From the NCBI GenBank assembly GCA_043819135.1, contig JBDRFG010000023.1, positions 1 through 37,572 of the forward strand: a DNA stretch of 37,572 nt, read 5' to 3'. Shown piece by piece: positions 25,574 through 32,974 of this stretch. The DNA is from Candidatus Eiseniibacteriota bacterium (GTDB lineage Bacteria; Joyebacterota; Joyebacteria; Joyebacterales; Joyebacteraceae). Position numbers and translations under genes: made by a program. Below the pieces are notes generated by a model. The model had not been told where the DNA came from. It did no database searches and saw only the letters and a program-made list of their open reading frames with translations. Position 1 is the first letter of the stretch; each line of letters starts with the position of its first letter.

Positions 25574-27529
25574 ATGACCAGGTTCAAGAAATTGATGGTA
25601 CTGGCAATGTTCGCTGCCGTCCTGGCTTCTGGCTTTGTGCTCGGCTGCGGCAAGTTCGATGCGGGGACACGCAAGCCGAACATTCCCCCTGAGACCACAC
25701 TCTCCTTCTCTCCCGACGATGGAAGCACGACGAACTACAAGGTCCGGATGAACTGGTTTGGGTGGGACGCTGACGGGGAGATCGCGCACTTCCAGACGGC
25801 CTGGGACAAACCGGACAGCATCGAGGGATGGAGCAACTGGATCGACACGGCCGGGCGCACGGTGGTGAACACCGACAGCATCTTCTACCTGGGGGCCGCG
25901 GACAATTTCGACGACGCGAACGCCTATGCCGTGCACTCCTTCGCAGTTAGAGCGGTGGACAACGAGGGAGCGCGGGACGCAACGCCGGAGTCGCTGGTCT
26001 TCACAGCCACGACGGTTCTTCCGGAGACGGAGATCACTCGCGGTCCGGCGTCGGTCACGGGACCGATGGTGACGTTCGAGTGGACCGCCAGGGACCGCGA
26101 CGGGGTGATCGTGGCCTACGACTACCGCCTGTTCGCCAGGGCGGCCGGCGTGTGGGTGCAGGTGGCGCCCGACCCGAGTGTCGCCGAGAGCATCACCGTT
26201 GGCCCCGATCAGACATCGGTGCTGTTCGGTCCTCTGGCCGGCCAGCACAGGTTCGAGGTCTGGGCTACCGACGATGCAGGCGCCGCTGATCAGACGCCCG
26301 CGGTCAGCGTGTTCATCGTGAATCCGGAACTCGCGGGGCCGAAGCTCTACACATTAACGAACGTGTTCGGTACCCATACGTTCCGAGGCCCGGTCTGGCC
26401 TGCGAGGTACAACATCCCGTGGCCCATATTCGCCGGGGAGCGGCTCCAGTTTTTCTGGCTCGCTAACGCCTCGGACTACGGAGGAGACGTCGTGGGGTAC
26501 AGACACGCCTACGACGATACATCGACGTGGCCTGCGTGGTCGATCTTCGATCGGCGCTTCAGCGTTGTGCCGACGATCGGCCGCCATTCTCTCTACGTCA
26601 GCGCGCTCGACAACGCCAACGTGATGACGCGGAGCCGCATGTATTTTGACGTGGTTGAGGCCAGCCTCGACGAGTACATCCTCGTGGTGGATGACTACGA
26701 CAGGCGGGAGGGCCTGCCCGCCTGGGGCACCGACGAGGACCGCAACGGCTTTTACAACAGGATCCTGGCCGGCTACGTCCGAGACAGGTCGGAATGGGAA
26801 CCCTCTCAACACATAGAATCGGGCATGCCGATGGCCCCGGATGTCGACGCACTGCGCGGGGCATCCACGGTCATCTGGTACTGCGATGACGCCGGTGCGA
26901 CCATCAAGGAGGTCTTCAACCCGCGGCTGCCGACATACAACGCGCTCTCTGGCTATCTGCGCGTGGGCGGTAACATCATCCTGTGCGGCTGGAAGGTCAT
27001 GACGCAGATCGCCGACGAACTGTACCCGATCTCGATCGACGAAGGTGACACGACGGCGGCGGCGATCTTCATCAGGGACTACCTGCACATCGGCCGGATC
27101 CGGAACAGCGGCGAGGCTGCGAACCCAGCTTCCCCGTGGAGCTACGGATACTGCATGCACGGAGCCGTCCCGACCGCCCAGGGTGAGGCGTTGGGGTTCG
27201 AGCCGGTCTACGTCGACACCGGTGATTGCGACGGAGAGGTGGGCAAGTGGTTCTACTACTGTGAGCCTCCGCTGCCCCAGTACTTCCACTGTGGCCTGAA
27301 CGTGGAGAGCCTCATCAACTTCCAGGGCACAGGCCTCGAGATCTACGAAACCAAGGCCTTCCTCAACATGAACTTCGAGGGAGAGACCAGCGTGGTTCTC
27401 TATCTTTCCGGCGACAACCGCGGCAACGCCTGCTACATCGGCTTCCCGCTCTACTACTGCCAGGAAGATCAGGTCAGGGACATGATGAGCAAGATCATGG
27501 CCCTCTTCGGTGAGGAGAAGGTCCAGTAG
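25574..27529 (+). CDS. Lipoprotein with three FN3/Ig-like repeats and a C-terminal alpha/beta domain
   Basis: Lipobox VLGC; same repeat family as the upstream gene; C-terminal ILVVDD..VIWY..YLRVGGNIILCG..GFPLYY. Confidence 0.8.
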   Translation: MTRFKKLMVLAMFAAVLASGFVLGCGKFDAGTRKPNIPPETTLSFSPDDGSTTNYKVRMNWFGWDADGEIAHFQTAWDKPDSIEGWSNWIDTAGRTVVNTDSIFYLGAADNFDDANAYAVHSFAVRAVDNEGARDATPESLVFTATTVLPETEITRGPASVTGPMVTFEWTARDRDGVIVAYDYRLFARAAGVWVQVAPDPSVAESITVGPDQTSVLFGPLAGQHRFEVWATDDAGAADQTPAVSVFIVNPELAGPKLYTLTNVFGTHTFRGPVWPARYNIPWPIFAGERLQFFWLANASDYGGDVVGYRHAYDDTSTWPAWSIFDRRFSVVPTIGRHSLYVSALDNANVMTRSRMYFDVVEASLDEYILVVDDYDRREGLPAWGTDEDRNGFYNRILAGYVRDRSEWEPSQHIESGMPMAPDVDALRGASTVIWYCDDAGATIKEVFNPRLPTYNALSGYLRVGGNIILCGWKVMTQIADELYPISIDEGDTTAAAIFIRDYLHIGRIRNSGEAANPASPWSYGYCMHGAVPTAQGEALGFEPVYVDTGDCDGEVGKWFYYCEPPLPQYFHCGLNVESLINFQGTGLEIYETKAFLNMNFEGETSVVLYLSGDNRGNACYIGFPLYYCQEDQVRDMMSKIMALFGEEKVQ

Positions 27530-27599
27530 GAGGGAGCGGGCGCTGACCGCGGAAGCGATCTCGAGGCGGACCGGCCTCCTTCGACGTTCACGCTGAAAC

Positions 27600-27644
27600 A
27601 ACGAACGCACCCGGGACTTACGGTCCCGGGCGCGTTCGTTTTCT
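27600..27644 (+). terminator. Intrinsic terminator of the lipoprotein pair
   Basis: AACGAACGCACCCGGGAC-ttacg-GTCCCGGGCGCGTTCGTT followed by TTCT. Confidence 0.7.
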
Positions 27645-27701
27645 GTCTCGTTCCCGGTGTGGGGCAAACGGTCGAAGCGGACGGGAACCCGGCCACACAC
27701 A

Positions 27702-27739
27702 ACAGCAGGGCCGCCCGCGTTGGGGACCGGCCCTGCTGT
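27702..27739 (-). terminator. Putative terminator of the cold-shock gene
   Basis: ACAGCAGGGCC...GGCCCTGCTGT 11-bp stem followed by TGTGTGT. Confidence 0.55.
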
Positions 27740-27772
27740 CGTTTCAGACTGGAGACTGTCGTCTCCCGCCGC

Positions 27773-27985
27773 CTAGCTGTCGATCTTAGCTACGTTCTCT
27801 GCGGCGGGACCCTTATCTCCGTCAACGATGTCGAACTGTACGTGGTCGCCCTCGTTCAGCGTCTTGAAGCCGTCGCCGCTGATAGCCGAGAAATGCACGA
27901 ACACGTCCTTGGATCCGTCATCGGGCGTGATGAAGCCAAAGCCCTTGCCGTCATTGAACCACTTCACTACTCCGGTCGTACTCAC
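27773..27985 (-). CDS. cspA: Cold-shock protein
   Basis: [15 protein letters not shown] (RNP1), DVFVHFSAI (RNP2), KGPAAENV; 70 aa. Confidence 0.97.
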   Translation of the reverse strand: MSTTGVVKWFNDGKGFGFITPDDGSKDVFVHFSAISGDGFKTLNEGDHVQFDIVDGDKGPAAENVAKIDS

Positions 27986-28143
27986 TTACTTCTACCCCTC
28001 TCGTTCCGTCGGCGAGCGCGTCAACGCCCGGTCCGACCCTGGTCTCGTCGGTGGCCGTACTGCCGCCCCCGACTTCTGCACACTGAGGCCCACCGAGGCC
28101 CCGCAGATCCTGCCATCCCTACGTGGCATACCTGCTCCACACA

Positions 28144-28172
28144 AAGATAGCTCTTGCCCGCGGAATTGTCAA
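28144..28172 (-). promoter_or_regulatory. Cold-shock gene promoter, giving a ~150 nt 5' leader
   Basis: TTGACA-17 bp-TATCTT; long leaders are typical of cold-inducible csp genes. Confidence 0.7.
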
Positions 28173-28295
28173 GCCAATAAGCGAAAGACTGAGGACGGCC
28201 GGCGCCGGGAATACCCCTGGAGCCTCTCGGGTTGGGCCTTGGAGGCTCGCAGGAGGTTCCAGGGGCCTCCTGTGAGCCCTGTCGCTGAGGAGGCG

Positions 28296-28310
28296 CCCCC
28301 CCCCCCCCCC
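28296..28310. repeat. Poly-C homopolymer (C15)
   Basis: Direct count of 15 consecutive C. Confidence 0.9.
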
Positions 28311-28445
28311 GCTGGACCGGGGGTTCAGGCACGAGCACGAACACTCGCCGAGGGCCGCGTGAGCCGCTTGGAGGCCTTCCCCTTGACTCCTGCCGTGGAC
28401 CTTCTCCCGAGAGGACCCACGGCCCATCCCCACGATCCCAGACGG

Positions 28446-28518
28446 AGAGCCGCCCGGTGGCCCCGTGCCACCGGGCGGCTCTGTCACCTGCTTCCCGCTC
28501 CCCCGTTGGGGGAGCGGG
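28446..28518. terminator. Tandem hairpins downstream of the TBDR-PorV operon
   Basis: AGAGCCGCCCGGTGGC-cccgt-GCCACCGGGCGGCTCT (16 bp) and CCCGCTCCCCC-gtt-GGGGGAGCGGG (11 bp). Confidence 0.65.
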
Positions 28519-28530
28519 GCGTCGCCGCGC

Positions 28531-29514
28531 CTAGAAGAAAAACGCGACAGAGAACCTGTGGACGTGCTCCAGGTTCTCCATGTCAACGTAGGCGTAGTCG
28601 AAGCGGGCGTCCGACTCCTGGCTGCTCGGCAATCTCAATCCGAGCCCCAGCGTCATCCCCTGCTCGTCGTACCCGAGCCTGTACCCCGCGCGCCCGTAGG
28701 CGAAGATCTTACCCTTGTTGAAGGTGTACTCCCCGCCGAAGTTGAACTGGTTGTCGCCCGTGCGTGGCCGCTTGTAGTCGGCTGCCACCGAGAGGCGGTG
28801 AGTCACGACGTCGTAGACCCTTATGGACGCTCCGGCGCGGTAGATCATCGGCATCGGGAACTCCTCACCGAATCCCGTGCCGATACCAGTCCCCGACCAT
28901 CTGTTCGAGGGACCAACGTTCTGGACCGTGGCGCCCACCCTCAGGTTCCTGAACCTCGTGTCGTAGAGAACACCAAGGTCGCCGCAGACACCCTCACAGA
29001 AGGCGTCGGCCATGGCGAGATGGTACCACTTGAACGTGCCGCCGACCGAGAGTCCGTCGAAAAACTCCCACGCGTAGGAACCGCCGAAGGCCATGTCGCC
29101 CGCGTCGACGTTTTCGAGGGCCCCGATACCGAACTCGCTCTCGGGATCGAAATACTCGGTCTTCTCGGTGAACGGCCCCATCTGCATGATGGTCCAGCTC
29201 ATCCCGAAATACCCCGGCATGACGCTGTGACGGAATCCGTAGGCCAGGTGCTGATAGGACAGCCCCGCGGGCCAGGAGGACCCGCTGAAGTGCACCTCGC
29301 TTCCCTTGAGGAAGCGGAGTCCGGCGGGGTTGTAGTAGATCGTCATCGCATCGTCGCCCATACCCGTGAACGCCCCACCCATGCCGATCTGCCTGGTTCC
29401 GCCGTCCACCTCGAGGAACGACGCAAGGTAGGTCCCCGACCCGTCGGCGAGCACCGCCTGAGGAACAGAGAGAAGCATCGCGAGCACGCCCACGATCAAC
29501 AGGTACCTTCGCAA
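28531..29514 (-). CDS. PorV/PorQ-like outer membrane beta-barrel
   Basis: TTG 29514 after AAAGGAG; FLEVDGGTRQIGMGGAFTGMGDDAMTIYYNPAGL; ends DYAY......HRFSVAFFF. Confidence 0.87.
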   Translation of the reverse strand: MRRYLLIVGVLAMLLSVPQAVLADGSGTYLASFLEVDGGTRQIGMGGAFTGMGDDAMTIYYNPAGLRFLKGSEVHFSGSSWPAGLSYQHLAYGFRHSVMPGYFGMSWTIMQMGPFTEKTEYFDPESEFGIGALENVDAGDMAFGGSYAWEFFDGLSVGGTFKWYHLAMADAFCEGVCGDLGVLYDTRFRNLRVGATVQNVGPSNRWSGTGIGTGFGEEFPMPMIYRAGASIRVYDVVTHRLSVAADYKRPRTGDNQFNFGGEYTFNKGKIFAYGRAGYRLGYDEQGMTLGLGLRLPSSQESDARFDYAYVDMENLEHVHRFSVAFFF

Positions 29515-29605
29515 GTAGGTTCTCCTTTCACCTTCCCCGGCCAGGAAAACTTCAGGCCAGCGGGTATCTTCTCCCTGCAGGGGAAACACGGTCATCTTCG
29601 CTGAC

Positions 29606-30577
29606 CTAGAACTCGACGGTGACTCCGCCGCGGTGGATACCACCCAGGTACCCGAATGCCGCGTAGCTGTAGTCGACTCCCAGGTTGCCGAGAGTTCCCA
29701 CGGTCAGCCGGGCTCCGCCGCCCGCCGTGAACGACTCCTCGTCGTAGCCCATCTTGTAACCTGCGCGAACGAAGTACATGTCATTCAGCGCGTACTCCGC
29801 GCCGACGTTGACCTTCTCTGAGGTGTCGGAGGGATGCCTGAACTCCGCCGCCACCTTGACGAGCTGTCCCGGCGTCTCGATCAGGTTCATAGAAATACCG
29901 AACTTGAACGACGCCGGCATGGGCACCGGTTCGTTGACGTACGTGACCTCGGGCCCCATGTTCTGGATCATCAGCCCGATCTTGAGCGAACGGAAGCCGG
30001 TGTTGTAGAGCGTTCCGAAATCGCCGACGAAGCCCTCGACCGTGTAGTCTTCGAGCCCTGCCACGCCCAGGGGCGAGAGGTCCGCGAGACCGGAGTGGAC
30101 CCACTTGAGTGTGCCGCCCGCGGCGAACTTGTCGGTGAACTCACGGGAGTAGGTCAGGCCGAACGCGATGTCACCGGCGTCGAACTGCACTCCCACACCG
30201 TCGGGAGTGTCAGCCGGTCTGACCAGCATCGGGTCCATCTGAAGCGTCGTCACGCTGACGGCCACGACGCCCCTGATGAAGGTCGGCCTCATGGCGTACG
30301 CCGCGAACTGGTGCGAGATATCCGCGGGCCAAGTGCCGTAGCTGAAGAGCGCCGTGGGCCTCACGATGGACCGAAGACCCGCGGGGTTCCAGTAGACCGA
30401 TTCCACACCCTCCGTCGCGGACACCCTTGCCTCCCCCATCCCCACCCCGCGCGGACCCGCGCCGATCTCGAGGAACTGGCACCCGACAGTACCTACCTTC
30501 TCGAATACCTCCGTAGCCGAAGCCTGAGACGTCAGAACAAGGACTACAAGCAGGCCCAGCAGAAGCTTCCTAGTCAA
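29606..30577 (-). CDS. PorV/PorQ-like outer membrane beta-barrel
   Basis: TTG 30577 after AGGAGG; KVGTVGCQFLEIGAGPRGVGMGEA...YWNPAGL; ends DYSY...GYLGGIHRGGVTVEF. Confidence 0.87.
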   Translation of the reverse strand: MTRKLLLGLLVVLVLTSQASATEVFEKVGTVGCQFLEIGAGPRGVGMGEARVSATEGVESVYWNPAGLRSIVRPTALFSYGTWPADISHQFAAYAMRPTFIRGVVAVSVTTLQMDPMLVRPADTPDGVGVQFDAGDIAFGLTYSREFTDKFAAGGTLKWVHSGLADLSPLGVAGLEDYTVEGFVGDFGTLYNTGFRSLKIGLMIQNMGPEVTYVNEPVPMPASFKFGISMNLIETPGQLVKVAAEFRHPSDTSEKVNVGAEYALNDMYFVRAGYKMGYDEESFTAGGGARLTVGTLGNLGVDYSYAAFGYLGGIHRGGVTVEF

Positions 30578-30640
30578 TGGCCGTCCTCCTTCCACCGGTC
30601 GGAGCTTGAACCTTCGCGCCGACAACGGCGGGAGCCCAAA

Positions 30641-32881
30641 CTACTTGATGATGACGAACTTGCCGACCTGCTCTCCAACCGGCGAGTCTACGTGATAGAG
30701 GTAGACGCCGCTCACAACGATCTGGTTATTCCTGGAGATCATGTTCCAACAGGCATCCCCGCCGACCGCCTCCGCGTCGGGATAGAGAGTCTGGACGAGT
30801 TCGCCTCCAAGCGAGTAGATCCTCACGATGGCGTCCCTCGGAAGATTCTGGAAGCAGATCTTCTCGCCGGTGGGGTCCGCCTCGTTCGGCTCCAGGTTCC
30901 AGCGCGCCATATACTCGTGGTTCACGTACGGGTTGGGCACGACCTTGATCTCGTCAAGATCGCCCCGCACGCCGGAATGAGGCACCACGAGCGTCTTGTT
31001 CTGCGTGTATTTGCCGAAGTGGTACCCCTCGGCCGTGCTGTCGTAGGCCGTCACCGAGTACCAGTAGGCAAAACCGTTCTTCACGTGGTGGTCGACATAG
31101 TCGTACTTCCCGATCCCCTCGAGGCCCGTATCGAGCGTGTCCAGCTCCGCTCCGCCGTCTCCGCGGTCCGCATCGAGTACGAGTTCCCAGTCCCGGTCTC
31201 TCGGCTCGCTGGATTCCCTCGTCCAACCGACCGCCTTCCAGACCTGATAGCCGTAGAAGTCTCTGACGCGTGTCAGCGGGTCTTCCACATCCTCCGGGAA
31301 GTCGTCCCATTCGATCCTGACGAAGCCGTCGCCCGCGGTGATCTCCTGGTTGGGCGGAGGCGGGGGCGTGTCTGCCACCCAGTGGATCAGCACGCTGTCG
31401 GGCTCGCCGGAGCAGTTGGGAACCTCCTGTGTGACGCCATTGTAGATCTGCTGCGCAGTGGCCGCGTTCTGAAGCATGCCGTCCAGTCCGGTGCCCATCA
31501 CGAAGGCGTACTGGACCGACAGAGTGTCACCGGGGACGATCTTTCTGAATGGGCCGGCGGACAGCATGAATCGCCAGTCGAGCGGAGCGTCGGCGTTTCT
31601 GTCGACGTTAACGCGCCACTCGTCCGGTTCGTCCACCTCACCGTCGTTGTCGTTGTCGATCCCATCTACCAGCGGGTAGTCGGCCTCTCCCCGAAGGAAG
31701 CGGTAGCGGTCCATGTCGTTGTCGGGGTCCTCGCCGGAGCTGGACCAGATCTCGAACGAGTGAACCTTGACCTTGGTCGGAGCGTTGGGCAGATTGCCAG
31801 GCTGCAGCGTATCCGCGTTGGCCGTCGGGTGCCCCAGGAACATGCATCCGAAGTAGCCACGCGCCTCATTGCCGTCCACTCCGTAGGGGTCGTCGTACAT
31901 ATACGCAAGCGTTATGTCCAGTGTGTCGAGTTTGGTTGGATCGTTGGGGTTGACGCTGATGATGAGAGTATCAATGAACCCGCCGCGGTCATCGCCGTAG
32001 TACCCCTCGATTGCCTCGGGGCCCGCATCGGCGTCCACCATGAATCCGATGTAGGCCATTCTGATGGTGTCCGTAGTCGTGACCGTGAAGTTGATCCCGA
32101 CGAAGTCGTCGGTCTGCTCGCTCGTCCACTGGTAGCTTTCCTGTACGATCGTGAGCCCCATGCTGCGATGGAAGTCCGAAGAGAGCCCCTCGTTGACGTC
32201 CTCCTCGTTCGTGTCCTCGTACTCGCAGCGGAACATCTGCTGAGAGATCGCGGCGTAGTCTTCATCGACAAGCCCGTCGTCGTCGTTGTCGAGGCCGTCG
32301 AGGACGTCCTCGTCGAAGCCCTCGAAGCGGCCGTCGTTGTTCGGATCGTCGCAGTCGTCGTCGTCGTCGAACCACCGCCCGCTGTTCGCCGCACCCTCCC
32401 ACGACTCGTACATAACCTTGAGCGGGTCCGTCAGATTGGGGCGATACTCCCTCTGGTAGACGCCCGCCGAGACCAGCGTGTCTACCTCGCCGGTCTCGCT
32501 GTCCGTGACTATCCCCCCCACCCAGATGCCGGCGGCGTAGACGTAGTTGTCCGCGCTGCCCGCCGGCCACTCGGCCGAGGGTGCGGTGAGGTCGTCGAGG
32601 CTGGAACCCGGCCAGTCGCCGAAGTAGCCAAGGTTCGACACGTGAAGCAGGAGCTGCCCGACGTTGTGGTACCAGCCGTAGTAGCTGATCGAGCGCGACG
32701 GAGGCGCCGTCACCTCGTCCTGGTCCTTCCGGTTCGAGGTCTCCATGCGGGCCACGGCAACCCCCGCGACCGAGACCACCAGGGCGGCCACGAGCGCACA
32801 GAGCGCGGCCGTAGTGACAAGACGCTCCGCCCGTCCGGGAGCGCCAGACATTCCGTGCGTCATCCATCTGAAACGAATCAT
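30641..32881 (-). CDS. Secreted acidic protein with Asp-rich Ca-binding-like repeats, an FN3-like domain and a T9SS type A-like CTD
   Basis: GGAGGTGG RBS; signal peptide; DGLDNDDDGLVDED and DGIDNDNDGEVDE; YWYSVTAYD; C-terminus IKVVPNPY...FQNLP...IYSLGGELV...W......VVSGVYLYHV......GKFVIIK. Confidence 0.85.
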   Translation of the reverse strand: MIRFRWMTHGMSGAPGRAERLVTTAALCALVAALVVSVAGVAVARMETSNRKDQDEVTAPPSRSISYYGWYHNVGQLLLHVSNLGYFGDWPGSSLDDLTAPSAEWPAGSADNYVYAAGIWVGGIVTDSETGEVDTLVSAGVYQREYRPNLTDPLKVMYESWEGAANSGRWFDDDDDCDDPNNDGRFEGFDEDVLDGLDNDDDGLVDEDYAAISQQMFRCEYEDTNEEDVNEGLSSDFHRSMGLTIVQESYQWTSEQTDDFVGINFTVTTTDTIRMAYIGFMVDADAGPEAIEGYYGDDRGGFIDTLIISVNPNDPTKLDTLDITLAYMYDDPYGVDGNEARGYFGCMFLGHPTANADTLQPGNLPNAPTKVKVHSFEIWSSSGEDPDNDMDRYRFLRGEADYPLVDGIDNDNDGEVDEPDEWRVNVDRNADAPLDWRFMLSAGPFRKIVPGDTLSVQYAFVMGTGLDGMLQNAATAQQIYNGVTQEVPNCSGEPDSVLIHWVADTPPPPPNQEITAGDGFVRIEWDDFPEDVEDPLTRVRDFYGYQVWKAVGWTRESSEPRDRDWELVLDADRGDGGAELDTLDTGLEGIGKYDYVDHHVKNGFAYWYSVTAYDSTAEGYHFGKYTQNKTLVVPHSGVRGDLDEIKVVPNPYVNHEYMARWNLEPNEADPTGEKICFQNLPRDAIVRIYSLGGELVQTLYPDAEAVGGDACWNMISRNNQIVVSGVYLYHVDSPVGEQVGKFVIIK

Positions 32882-32974
32882 CAACCACCTCCGTACGGGT
32901 GCTTCCGCCCGCCACCGATGAGAGACCTGACGTCTCGCATGGATGGGCAGTCCGACACCATGCGCGCCGCAGAG

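Noticed and set aside
27530..28530. CRISPR array, tRNA or known ncRNA in the hairpin-rich intergenic regions
   Set aside because: No regularly spaced direct repeats, no cloverleaf or T-loop consensus, and no recognisable 6S, SRP, tmRNA or RNase P motifs.
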